A stretch of DNA of 64,000 bases from Oscillospiraceae bacterium. Its GTDB lineage: Bacteria; Bacillota; Clostridia; Oscillospirales; Ruminococcaceae. The stretch spans positions 140,866-204,865 of the forward strand of contig JAFTTI010000014.1 in NCBI GenBank assembly GCA_017466865.1. Reading direction: 5' to 3'. The notes under the pieces are model-generated. The model made no database searches. It was not told the DNA's origin and saw only the letters and a program-made list of their open reading frames with translations. Below, one piece after another: positions 36,579-46,058 of the stretch. A program made the translations under genes and the position numbers. Within the stretch, counting starts at the first letter, position 1. Every line of letters starts with the position of its first letter.

Positions 36579-38702
36579 GTGGCGGAGCTGAAAAACAAGA
36601 AATCATCGATAGAAAACAAGGTTTTTTCCGTTATTGCGGGAATTTCGCTTGTATGTCTTATCATAACTTCGGTTATTGCTTATTTCGGTGTTTTTAAGGT
36701 GTCGAGAAGATTTATCGACATAAACAACGAAATAATCGAACATGCCGCCGAAAACAGCCATACCTCAATCGAAGAACTTACCGATAAGGAACTTCTTTTG
36801 GTTTCAACGGGCAAAGCGGAACATATTGAAGAAATGTTCGAAAAATACGAGATTTATCTTGAAAATATAAGTTCACATGCCTCTGATATGAAATCAAAAC
36901 CCGAAGTTTTTTCAGAAGCACCCTATCACCTTTCTTTTTCAGCAAAGGTAGGCTCTGAAACACCGTTTCTGCTCTATTCTGCGGATGCCGATAAAGAAAA
37001 TCTTTCTGATGAAGCGGGAGTTACTGCAAATATAGGCATAACACTGCATAGAATAACATCAAAAGACGATGTTATTTCAGATGCATATTATGCAACCGAC
37101 AGCGGACTTTTCTTTGTTTCGAGCAACAAGAAATTCCTTGTTGAAAATGAATCTTTTGATTATAAACAGCGTGAATGGTATCAGAAAGCGAAAAATTCCG
37201 GAGAGGTTTATGTATCAGGTGTTCATAGCGACCCTTTTGGCAGAGATGAAATAATCTGTATAACAAAGCCTGTATATTCCGTAAACGGAGAGTTTATGGG
37301 TGTTGCAGGTGTAAATATAAAAGCAGAAAAGTTTAAAGAACAACTTGGATACACAGATTTTGTCGATTGCTGTTTTACTATTTTCGATGATAATGGTGAA
37401 TTTATCATATCAAGCAAAAACTGTTCATCTGAAACAGGTAAAAATATAGGCGAATTTATTTCAGGCAACGGCGATGTGTATGACGATATATTCAGAACAC
37501 AGAACGGAACAGAACACCTTGAAATCGAAAAACGACATATCCATATAGCACATACCAGACTTAAAGAACATAAATGGATTGTTGTTGCCTATGTGAATAA
37601 CGAAATAGCATCAGCACCATCAACTGTTCTGAAAAACGGAATCGTTGCACTTTCGCAGGAAGTTTCCGACGAAGTAATGAAATCGATGCTTTCAACCTGC
37701 ATTTTCGGGCTTGTTTCGCTTATTATTCTTCTTGTACTCACATATATCTTCGGTATAACGCTTTCAAAGAAGATAACAAAACCGATAGTAACTTTAACGG
37801 ATAGTGTCAAGAATATAACTCACGGAAATCTAGAATTTAATTGTGATATAAAAACAGGTGATGAGATAGAAGACCTTTCAGACACCTTCAGAAATATGAC
37901 CGAGGAACTTAAAGAATATATCGATAAAGTCAAATCAGAATCCAAAGCGAAGGAACATCACAAGGCAGAACTTGAAATCGCAAAGAAGATACAGATGTCT
38001 ATTCTTCCCAATAACGCGAAGGATTTTGATATAAACACCGAATTTGAAATCGCAACCTCAATCATCCCCGCAAAGGGAGTAGGGGGAGATTTCTATGACT
38101 ACTTTATGGTAGACGATGAACATCTTGCCATAACGATAGCCGATGTATCGGGAAAAGGTGTTCCCGCGGCACTCTTTATGATGATTTCAAAAACACTCAT
38201 CAGTAACAAGACAAAACCTAATATGTCACCCGGAGAAATTCTTACGGAAGTAAACAGACTGCTTTGTATCAACAACGATGCGGCGATGTTTGTTACGGCA
38301 TTCCTCGGAATTCTCAACATAAAAACGGGCGAATTCAGATATTCAAACGCAGGTCATACGCCGCCTTTTGTATATCGTTATAAAGAAGGCTTTGACAACT
38401 TAAGCGTTACAAAGAATCTTTTCCTCGCAGGAGATGAAGATACACTCTATAAAACCGACAGCATAATGCTTGATAAGGGAGATATGATTTTCCTTTATAC
38501 AGATGGCGTTACCGAGGCTTCAACCAAGGAAAAGAAACAATACGGCAAAAAGAGACTCTATAATCTTCTCAACAGTTTTGCGGCAGAACATATGACTCTT
38601 GAAGAGATTATAGCGAATATCACAGAAGATATCTATGAATTTGTCTACGGTGCCGATCAGGCAGACGATATAACAATGCTCATAACAAGATTTTTCAATT
38701 AA
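36579..38702 (+). CDS. membrane sensor PP2C (SpoIIE/RsbU-type) serine phosphatase with an extracytoplasmic Cache-like domain and a HAMP linker
   Basis: TM1 is at ~aa 15-40, followed by a ~310-aa periplasmic-type region, TM2 (IFGLVSLIILLVLTYIFGI) and a HAMP-like segment. PP2C motifs are GVGGDFYDY, ADVSGKGVPAALFM, LYTDGVTEA and ADDITML. The start (GTG 36579) is uncertain. Confidence 0.82.
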   Translation: MAELKNKKSSIENKVFSVIAGISLVCLIITSVIAYFGVFKVSRRFIDINNEIIEHAAENSHTSIEELTDKELLLVSTGKAEHIEEMFEKYEIYLENISSHASDMKSKPEVFSEAPYHLSFSAKVGSETPFLLYSADADKENLSDEAGVTANIGITLHRITSKDDVISDAYYATDSGLFFVSSNKKFLVENESFDYKQREWYQKAKNSGEVYVSGVHSDPFGRDEIICITKPVYSVNGEFMGVAGVNIKAEKFKEQLGYTDFVDCCFTIFDDNGEFIISSKNCSSETGKNIGEFISGNGDVYDDIFRTQNGTEHLEIEKRHIHIAHTRLKEHKWIVVAYVNNEIASAPSTVLKNGIVALSQEVSDEVMKSMLSTCIFGLVSLIILLVLTYIFGITLSKKITKPIVTLTDSVKNITHGNLEFNCDIKTGDEIEDLSDTFRNMTEELKEYIDKVKSESKAKEHHKAELEIAKKIQMSILPNNAKDFDINTEFEIATSIIPAKGVGGDFYDYFMVDDEHLAITIADVSGKGVPAALFMMISKTLISNKTKPNMSPGEILTEVNRLLCINNDAAMFVTAFLGILNIKTGEFRYSNAGHTPPFVYRYKEGFDNLSVTKNLFLAGDEDTLYKTDSIMLDKGDMIFLYTDGVTEASTKEKKQYGKKRLYNLLNSFAAEHMTLEEIIANITEDIYEFVYGADQADDITMLITRFFN

Positions 38703-38747
38703 AACTCAAATCAATCAGGCAGATAAATGAGAGGGGAATTTTAAATT

Positions 38748-39083
38748 ATGAAACTCGAAACAAAGATGCTTCCGGGAGATATAACAGTTGTATCTCTCAA
38801 AGGCGAACTCAACTACAACACAAGTGAAGAAGCAAGAGAATCTATGATGTCAGTCGTTGAAAACAACAAGAATGTTGTTATCGATATGGAAGACTGCACA
38901 TATGTTTCAAGCTCAGGGCTCCGTGTTCTTCTTCTTTTAGGAAAGAGAAGCCGTCAGCTTGGCGAAAACATAGCACTTGTAAATCTCAATGAAGAGGTTA
39001 AGGATGTTATGGAAATGACAGGCTTCGGAACTATTTTCAACTGTTACGACAATCTCGATACAGCAGCTGCCGCTATGGCATAA
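38748..39083 (+). CDS. STAS-domain anti-sigma-factor antagonist (RsbV/SpoIIAA-like)
   Basis: 111 aa. The conserved phospho-acceptor context is DMEDCTYVSSSGLRVLLLL. Confidence 0.85.
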   Translation: MKLETKMLPGDITVVSLKGELNYNTSEEARESMMSVVENNKNVVIDMEDCTYVSSSGLRVLLLLGKRSRQLGENIALVNLNEEVKDVMEMTGFGTIFNCYDNLDTAAAAMA

Positions 39084-39115
39084 CGCACAAACTCATATAA
39101 GAAGGTTTTTTAAGA

Positions 39116-41260
39116 ATGATAACAAGAATTGACGGATACCCAACCAGAATCTACCGCGGAATGCGTATAAGAGAAGGAAAGAGCCTCCCTTTCGGAGCGA
39201 CTATTGTTTCAGGAGGAGTAAACTTTTCTATCTTTTCAAAAAACGCAAAATCCGTGGAACTTGTACTCTATAAAAGAGGTGAGGCACTTCCTTTCGCGGT
39301 AATTCCTTTCCCTAAGGAATACAGAATAGGAAGCGTATGGTCGATGATAGTTTTCGACCTTGACTATGAAACACTTGAATACGGATACCGTGTTGACGGT
39401 GAATATAACCCCGAAAAAGGACATCGTTTCGACAAGACAAAAATTCTTTTAGACCCTTATGCCAAAGGTGTCAGCGGAAGAAATGTATGGGGCGTGAATA
39501 GTGCCGCATATACTGAATTTACAAACCGCGGAAGAATTATCTATGATGATTTCAACTGGGAAGGCGACCGCCCTCTCGAAATCCCTATGGAAGACCTTGT
39601 TATCTATGAAGCGAATGTAAGAGCTTTTACAAGACACGAATCAAGCAATATAAAACATCCCGGAACATTTGCGGGTATTATCGATAAAATTCCCTATCTC
39701 AAAGAACTCGGAATAAACTGTATAGAACTTCTTCCGATTTTCTCATTTGACGAACTCGACAACTGTAATGTCGATAACGAAGGAAAACGCCTTTATAATT
39801 GCTGGGGATACTCAACAGTAGGCTTTTTCGCACCCAAAGCCGCATACGCTGCAACAGGCAGATATGGAATGGAAGTCGACGAACTTAAAAATCTTATAAA
39901 ACAGCTTCACAGAAACGGAATAGAAGTTATTTTAGACGTTGTTTTCAACCACACAGCAGAGGGTAACGAATACGGTCCTACCCTTTCTTTCAAGGGGCTT
40001 GACAACGCAACCTATTATCTTCTTACTCCCGAAGGATATTACTATAATTTCAGCGGATGCGGAAATACATTCAACTGTAATAACTCGGTAGTAAGAAATA
40101 TGATTCTCGACTGCCTCAGATACTGGGTTTCGGAATATCATATCGACGGATTCCGTTTTGACCTTGCATCTATTCTTTCAAGAGATCAGAATGGTGCACC
40201 TATGGAAAATCCCCCTCTTTTAGAGGCACTTGAACATGACCCGATACTTAGCAGAACAAAACTCATAGCAGAAGCATGGGACGCAGGTGGACTCTATCAG
40301 GTAGGTTCTTTCCCGACACAGGGGCGCTGGGCAGAATGGAACGGAAAATATCGTGACGATATGAGAAGACACCTTAAGAGTGATGGCCTTCCTGTCGACT
40401 GCATTATAGACAGAGTTATGGGCTCGCCGGGGCTTTACAGAGAAAGAAGTGCTAATGCTTCTATAAACTTCATAACCTGTCACGACGGATTTACTCTTAA
40501 TGACCTTGTAAGTTATACAGAAAAACACAACGAGGCTAACGGTGAAAACAACCGCGACGGTGCTAACGATAATCACAGCTGGAACTGTGGGGCTGAAGGT
40601 GATACAGATAACCCCGAAGTTCTCGCGTTAAGACGCAGACAGCGTAAAAACGCTTTCGTTATGCTTCTTATGAGCAGGGGCGTTCCTATGATGCTTGCGG
40701 GAGATGAATTCGGAAATACCCAGTTCGGAAACAATAATGCTTATTGTCAGGATAACGAAATCTTATGGCTTGACTGGTCAAATCTTGAAAAGAATAAAGA
40801 CCTCTTCGATTTTGTAAGCAGTATGATAAGATTCAGACTCAGCCATCCTGTTCTTAGAAACCCAAGTTATGAAACACCCAAAACCGAACTCGGATACCCC
40901 GAGGTTTCGTGGCATCAGACAAGGGCATGGCAACTTGATAAAGGCTCATCATCACATACTCTTGCGGTTATGTTTGTCGAAACATCGCATAAGTATCATA
41001 CTGATGAAGATACCTTTATATATTGTATTATGAATACAATATGGGAATCGAAATCATATCAGTTGCCAGAACTTCCTTTAGGTTTCAGTTGGCATCTTGT
41101 TGTTGATACAGCAAAGGATGAAGACAGTTTTATCGAAAAGCCCGAACATTATCGTGGCGGAGATATTTTTGTTCAGCCGAGAAGTTGTATGATACTTGTC
41201 GGAAAGAAAATTTCAGAAGAACTCAGACAGACTATTGACTACGCAGACGGAGAAGTGTAG
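39116..41260 (+). CDS. glgX: glycogen debranching enzyme (isoamylase/GlgX type, GH13_11)
   Basis: 714 aa with YGYRVDGEYNPEKGHRFDKTKILLDPYA. GH13 regions are DVVFNHT, DGFRFDLAS, IAEAWD and FITCHDGFTLND. Confidence 0.9.
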   Translation: MITRIDGYPTRIYRGMRIREGKSLPFGATIVSGGVNFSIFSKNAKSVELVLYKRGEALPFAVIPFPKEYRIGSVWSMIVFDLDYETLEYGYRVDGEYNPEKGHRFDKTKILLDPYAKGVSGRNVWGVNSAAYTEFTNRGRIIYDDFNWEGDRPLEIPMEDLVIYEANVRAFTRHESSNIKHPGTFAGIIDKIPYLKELGINCIELLPIFSFDELDNCNVDNEGKRLYNCWGYSTVGFFAPKAAYAATGRYGMEVDELKNLIKQLHRNGIEVILDVVFNHTAEGNEYGPTLSFKGLDNATYYLLTPEGYYYNFSGCGNTFNCNNSVVRNMILDCLRYWVSEYHIDGFRFDLASILSRDQNGAPMENPPLLEALEHDPILSRTKLIAEAWDAGGLYQVGSFPTQGRWAEWNGKYRDDMRRHLKSDGLPVDCIIDRVMGSPGLYRERSANASINFITCHDGFTLNDLVSYTEKHNEANGENNRDGANDNHSWNCGAEGDTDNPEVLALRRRQRKNAFVMLLMSRGVPMMLAGDEFGNTQFGNNNAYCQDNEILWLDWSNLEKNKDLFDFVSSMIRFRLSHPVLRNPSYETPKTELGYPEVSWHQTRAWQLDKGSSSHTLAVMFVETSHKYHTDEDTFIYCIMNTIWESKSYQLPELPLGFSWHLVVDTAKDEDSFIEKPEHYRGGDIFVQPRSCMILVGKKISEELRQTIDYADGEV

Positions 41261-41289
41261 AAAGAAATTTTATGAAAGAAGGTGGAAAG

Positions 41290-41727
41290 ATGGATTATAT
41301 CGTTGTTGACGCAAAACCTCAGGTATTTGAAGATGTAATGGAATTTATATTCACAAAAATAAAAGACGAAGATAATCTTTATCCTTCCGCCGAAAGAGTT
41401 ATAAAAGACCTTCGTCTTGCTACCGAGGAAATTTTTATAAACATAGTTTCTTATGCCTATGACGGAATAAAGGGAGAAGTGAAAGTCAGCGCAGAGGTTT
41501 CTGACGGTGAAATTTCCATTGAAATTTCGGATAAGGGAATTCCTTTCAATCCTCTCGAAAAAGAAGAACCCGATATAACATCGGGCATTGAGCAGAGAAA
41601 AGTCGGAGGACTTGGAATTTACATAGCAAAGCGTATGATGGATGAAACTTCTTATGAAAGAAAAGGTAATGAAAATATCATAACTATGAAAAAAAGAATT
41701 TCTCTTATGTCAAAAGTTATGGCATAA
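41290..41727 (+). CDS. anti-sigma-factor-type serine kinase (RsbW/SpoIIAB-like, HATPase_c_2)
   Basis: 146 aa with the N-box EEIFINIVSYAY and G-boxes DKGIPFNP and GGLGIYIAKRMMD. The start was re-picked at ATG 41290 behind GAAGGTGG. Confidence 0.8.
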   Translation: MDYIVVDAKPQVFEDVMEFIFTKIKDEDNLYPSAERVIKDLRLATEEIFINIVSYAYDGIKGEVKVSAEVSDGEISIEISDKGIPFNPLEKEEPDITSGIEQRKVGGLGIYIAKRMMDETSYERKGNENIITMKKRISLMSKVMA

Positions 41728-41730
41728 AAT

Positions 41731-41759
41731 AAAGGCTGTCTTTATAAGACAGCCTTTTC
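41731..41759. terminator. bidirectional intrinsic terminator
   Basis: AAAGGCTGTC-TTTATAA-GACAGCCTTTT between convergent genes. Confidence 0.8.
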
Positions 41760-41760
41760 T

Positions 41761-42327
41761 TTACATTATCAGACTTGCGATAAGTCCTGTAATTCCGCCT
41801 AAAAGAGATGGGATACCAACTATCAGGAGAATAAGATATGTTATTTTGTATCCCTTTCCTGATGAAAGTGATGCCCTCATAGGATTTTTTGCATCGTAAT
41901 AGACAGTAACTTCTTTTCCGATGCATTTTTCAACAGCACCCTTGTTATATCTTACACCTTCGGCTCTTTTATATGTAACACCGTCAACTGTGTATTCAAA
42001 AACCTTGTGGAACATATTTCTCGGTGTGCTTGTTGTTGTGCGGATAGTATTCACACCTATCCCTGTTTCACCGATTTCAAATCGGGCGGGTCTTGAACCG
42101 ACTTTTACATTCATTCCGCCTATTTCAACGCCTTTATCACCTTGTGCTTCGTTGAATTCAGCAGCATTCCAGGTCATATCTGTGATTTTTCCTATTACAT
42201 TGTGAGAAGTTTTTGATGCGAGATTTTTGCTGATAAGAAGAAAAATAATTCCGACCAAAACAGCGGCAAATCCTATCGACAAAAAAACTATCGAAACAAT
42301 GAGTAACGCAATTGATGATACGCCCAT
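41761..42327 (-). CDS. DUF3592-like membrane protein
   Basis: TM helix, then a ~120-aa beta-rich domain, then a TM helix. This is the topology typical of DUF3592. Confidence 0.55.
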   Translation of the reverse strand: MGVSSIALLIVSIVFLSIGFAAVLVGIIFLLISKNLASKTSHNVIGKITDMTWNAAEFNEAQGDKGVEIGGMNVKVGSRPARFEIGETGIGVNTIRTTTSTPRNMFHKVFEYTVDGVTYKRAEGVRYNKGAVEKCIGKEVTVYYDAKNPMRASLSSGKGYKITYLILLIVGIPSLLGGITGLIASLIM

Positions 42328-42342
42328 AATTTGTAATCTCCT

Positions 42343-43458
42343 TTAAACAAGTTCTTTATAGTTGCCGAGGAATTTAAAATCTGTTGCATCTTTTTCAAGA
42401 TGTATAAGAAGTGAGTTTATTCTTTCATCAGATATTGTTCCTTCAAAATCGAGATAGAAAACAACATCAAAATTACCTTCGTGACGGGGACGGCTTTCGA
42501 GTTTGAGAAGGTTAAGCCCTAAAACAGTAAACTTTGTGAGAAGCCTGTAAAGACTTCCTTCTTCGTTGGGAATTGTAAGCTGAACAGAGATGATGTCTGC
42601 ATTTTCTTCAACTTCAAAGTCCTTTGAAATACATATAAATCTTGTAAAGTTTGTTTCATAATCAGAAATATTTTCCCCGATTATATCAAGACCATAAAGC
42701 TTTGCGCATTCAGGCGAACATATAGCAGCGATTTTTTCATCGCTTTTTGAAACAAGTTCGGCAGCAGAAGAAGTGCTTTCATAGTTTACAGGTGTAAGCC
42801 CCTTGCTTGTCATGAAATCAGAACACTGCATAAGTGCCTGAGGATGAGAATAAACCTTTTCAATTCCTGTTATGTCAGTTCCTTTTGCAGCAAGACAATG
42901 TCTTATGCTTACCCTTATCATCTTGTTTATGTAAACATTGTATTTACGCATAAGGTCATAAGTCTGTGTTATAGAGCCTGTACTTGAATTCTGTAAAGGA
43001 ACAACACCGAAATCTATTTCGCCGTCGCATACAGCCTTAAAGACATCTTCAAATTCGGAATAGAATGAGAGCTCTTTTTCTTTTCCGAAAATCTTTCTTG
43101 CGGCTTCTTCAGAATTAGAGCCTTTAACACCGAAACATCCTGCCTTCGCGGAAGGTTTTATTTCAAACGGCTTTTTTTCGATGAATGTAAGTCCTCTGTT
43201 TATTTCTCTCTGCTGAAAACTCTTGCTTATATCCATTATATTTGTAAATAAAAGAGCAGTACTGTCTTTATATTTTTCACCCGACATGTCTTTTACTCTG
43301 TCGATGATTTCCTGCTCTCTTGATGACTGCATAACGCCTATATTATTCTCTTTTTTGTATCTTGCAACATCAAGGCAGAGTTCCATTCTTTTTATGAATT
43401 TATCGAGTATTTCATTGTCGATGATGTCAATCTGCTGACGCAGTTCGTTTAAATCCAT
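42343..43458 (-). CDS. pheA: bifunctional chorismate mutase / prephenate dehydratase
   Basis: CM helix LNELRQQIDIIDNEIL. PDT motifs are GVKGSNSEEAA and NFTRFICI. The ACT region has LKLESRP. The start was re-picked at MDLNEL (43458). Confidence 0.88.
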   Translation of the reverse strand: MDLNELRQQIDIIDNEILDKFIKRMELCLDVARYKKENNIGVMQSSREQEIIDRVKDMSGEKYKDSTALLFTNIMDISKSFQQREINRGLTFIEKKPFEIKPSAKAGCFGVKGSNSEEAARKIFGKEKELSFYSEFEDVFKAVCDGEIDFGVVPLQNSSTGSITQTYDLMRKYNVYINKMIRVSIRHCLAAKGTDITGIEKVYSHPQALMQCSDFMTSKGLTPVNYESTSSAAELVSKSDEKIAAICSPECAKLYGLDIIGENISDYETNFTRFICISKDFEVEENADIISVQLTIPNEEGSLYRLLTKFTVLGLNLLKLESRPRHEGNFDVVFYLDFEGTISDERINSLLIHLEKDATDFKFLGNYKELV

Positions 43459-43527
43459 ATATAAAAATCCTTTCATAAAAAATACCACAAAAAACATTAT
43501 ACATCATTTTTTTATGGATTTCAATAG

Positions 43528-43556
43528 AAAAGCCACTCTGTAAAAAGAGTGGCTTT
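43528..43556 (-). terminator. intrinsic terminator after glnA
   Basis: AAAGCCACTCT-loop-AGAGTGGCTTT with a T-run on the minus strand. Confidence 0.75.
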
Positions 43557-43563
43557 ATCTTTA

Positions 43564-44988
43564 TTAAAGGTTGTAATACTTGTCGAATTCAGCAGGATGA
43601 GGAATGTTTGCAAGTTCACGACATTCTGCGCGTTTTGTCTTGATGAAGTTCTTGAGAAGTTCTTCGGGGAATACACCGCCTGCTGTGAGGTAGTCGTGGT
43701 CTTTTTCAAGAGCATCAAGTGCTTCTTCGAGAGATGTGGGAAGTCCCTGAAGTTTTGCCTTTTCTTCGTCTGAAAGATGGAAGAGGTTTACGTCATAAGG
43801 TCCCCAGCCGTTTTCATGGGGGTCAATCTGATTCTTGATACCGTCAAGACCTGCCATGAGAATAGCAGCATAGCAGAAATATGGGTTACATGTAGCGTCG
43901 GGGTTTCTGAGCTCGAAACGACGCTTGTTGGGAGTTTTTGCGTAAGCGGGGATACGGATAACAGCAGATCTGTTTGATGTAGCGTATCCTACTGTAACGG
44001 GAGCTTCATAACCGGGAACAAGTCTCTTGAATGAGTTTGTGCTGGGGTTAGTGAGAGCACAGAGTGAGTGGATGTGCTTTAAAAGTCCGCCCATGAACCA
44101 GTGAGCTTCTTTACTGAGATGAGCATAACCGTTGTCATCAGAGAATACAGGTTCGCCGTCTTTGAGAAGGAGCATATGAACATGCATACCGCTTCCTGCT
44201 TCGCCATAGATGGGCTTTGGCATAAATGTTGCTGATTTGCCGTATTTGAGGGCTGTGTTGTGGATGATGTATTTGATCATCATTGTAGCGTCAGCCATTT
44301 CTGACATTTTTCCGAGCTGAGGTTCAATTTCAAACTGACCTGAAGCCGCAACTTCGGGATGATGATAGTTTATAGCAATTCCTGCATCGCGCATATGCAT
44401 ACACATTTCACTTCTGCATTCATAAGCAATGTCGAAGGGTTTTGCAACGTGATATGCCTTCTGCTTGGGGATAACAACGCCTGTTCCTTCGGTAGCGCTG
44501 TTCCAGTATGACTGCTGTGCATCAACAGCCGCACCAACGCTTCTTGGTGAAACTTCCCAGCCTACATTATCGAAAAGATAGAATTCGAATTCGGGAAGAA
44601 TAAGCATTGTATCAGCAACGCCACTGTCCTTCATATACTGTTCTGCAGCAAGAACAATGTTACGGGGATACTGTGCGAGAGGACGGTTTTCAGGGTTGTC
44701 GATAATCATCGCATTACCTGTCATTGAAAGTGTGGGGATTGAACAGAAGGGGTCGATAAGTGCTGTATCGGGATCGGGAATAAATACCATATCGCTCTTT
44801 TCAACTACTGCATAACCATAGTTTGATGCGTCGAAACCGATACCGCTCTTCATTGTGTCTTCTGAAAAATTCTGTGCAGGGATAGTAACGTGACGATACT
44901 GACCATTGATGTCAACCATTTTGAAGTCAACCATTTCAATACCGTTTTCACGGATCATATCCAGGATATCCTGAACGCTTTTGCTCAT
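43564..44988 (-). CDS. glnA: glutamine synthetase, type I
   Basis: 474 aa with the beta-grasp N-terminus (VDFKMVDINGQYRHVTIP), GSGMHVHMLL, the NPSTNSFKRLVPGYEAP motif and SNRSAVIRIP. Confidence 0.95.
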   Translation of the reverse strand: MSKSVQDILDMIRENGIEMVDFKMVDINGQYRHVTIPAQNFSEDTMKSGIGFDASNYGYAVVEKSDMVFIPDPDTALIDPFCSIPTLSMTGNAMIIDNPENRPLAQYPRNIVLAAEQYMKDSGVADTMLILPEFEFYLFDNVGWEVSPRSVGAAVDAQQSYWNSATEGTGVVIPKQKAYHVAKPFDIAYECRSEMCMHMRDAGIAINYHHPEVAASGQFEIEPQLGKMSEMADATMMIKYIIHNTALKYGKSATFMPKPIYGEAGSGMHVHMLLLKDGEPVFSDDNGYAHLSKEAHWFMGGLLKHIHSLCALTNPSTNSFKRLVPGYEAPVTVGYATSNRSAVIRIPAYAKTPNKRRFELRNPDATCNPYFCYAAILMAGLDGIKNQIDPHENGWGPYDVNLFHLSDEEKAKLQGLPTSLEEALDALEKDHDYLTAGGVFPEELLKNFIKTKRAECRELANIPHPAEFDKYYNL

Positions 44989-45114
44989 AAGTATACACCT
45001 CTGAAATTCAAATTGATAAATTAATAATACACTAATTTAATCCGAATGACAATATTTTTGATAAAATTTCTTGGAATTTTTTATGAGGGGAAAGGAAAAG
45101 TGGATTTATATATT

Positions 45115-45140
45115 AACCCCCACTCGAATGAGTGGGGGTT
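45115..45140 (-). terminator. intrinsic terminator after the ZIP transporter gene
   Basis: Hairpin AACCCCCACTC-GAAT-GAGTGGGGGTT. Confidence 0.75.
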
Positions 45141-45150
45141 TAATCTGTCA

Positions 45151-45903
45151 TTAACCAAACAGGGTGTCTGTAATAAGCATAACGCAGAAACCGATGAGAA
45201 GTGCATAGGTAGCAGGTCTTTCGTTGCCGTGTGCGTGTGTTTCTGGTATCATTTCATCGCTTATGATATAAAGCATTGTTCCGCCTGCAAAACTCAGCGC
45301 AAACGGAAGAATTGCCGTCGATACGCTTACTGCGAAATACCCGATAAGAGTTCCGATAACTTCTATCAGCCCCGTTACAGATGCGAATAAAAATGTTTTC
45401 GAGGGCTTTATTCCTGCTGAAAGCATAGGTGCTATGATAACCATACCTTCGGGAATGTTCTGTAAAGCGATGCCTCCTGCGATGATAAGCGCCTGAGAGA
45501 TATCTCCCGAGCCGAAACCTACACCTGCGGCTATTCCTTCGGGAAGGTTGTGTATTGCGATAGCGATGACAAAAAGCAAAACCTTGTGTGCCTGTGAATT
45601 GTGTTCGTATTTTGTGTCTGTTCCTGCAAGTCTGTGAAGATGAGGAACTAATTTGTCTATCAGGTTAAGACATATCGCACCCACAAAAATCCCTGCTATT
45701 GTTGTCAGTATTCCGTATTTGCCGCCATATTCGAGAGAGGGGAGTATCAGTCCCAAAACCGAAGCAGAAAGCATTACTCCTGCTGCAAATGAAAGAACAA
45801 TATCTGAAAATTTGTGGGATATATTTTTGAATATAAATCCCAGTACAGAGCCGAAAACAGTTGCGGCGCCAACACCTATTGCGGTAAGTAAAACCTCGCT
45901 CAT
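45151..45903 (-). CDS. ZIP-family divalent metal transporter
   Basis: 8-TM protein with the signature AIAIHNLPEGIAAG and a second ALQNIPEG motif. Confidence 0.85.
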   Translation of the reverse strand: MSEVLLTAIGVGAATVFGSVLGFIFKNISHKFSDIVLSFAAGVMLSASVLGLILPSLEYGGKYGILTTIAGIFVGAICLNLIDKLVPHLHRLAGTDTKYEHNSQAHKVLLFVIAIAIHNLPEGIAAGVGFGSGDISQALIIAGGIALQNIPEGMVIIAPMLSAGIKPSKTFLFASVTGLIEVIGTLIGYFAVSVSTAILPFALSFAGGTMLYIISDEMIPETHAHGNERPATYALLIGFCVMLITDTLFG

Positions 45904-46058
45904 ATATTCCTCCTGATGATTGATATTTATATCTTACTACATATTATACCAGAAATTCAGATGTGCGACAAGTTGTGTTCTGTATTTACTTGACAGAATA
46001 TTTGTGATATAATTTTTGCGGTATAGCTTTTAATACATAACAGAACGGGAGTGGTATT

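Noticed and set aside
44989-45110. Searched the glnA upstream region for a TnrA/GlnR box (TGTNA-N7-TNACA), a glutamine riboswitch or a T-box
   Set aside because: Only non-palindromic near-matches were found (e.g. TATCA-N7-TGTCA), and there are no conserved riboswitch motifs. There is nothing supportable.
45904-46058. Looked for a Zur box upstream of the ZIP transporter
   Set aside because: I could see no AAATCGTAAT-N-ATTACGATTT-like palindrome. The regulation is unknown.
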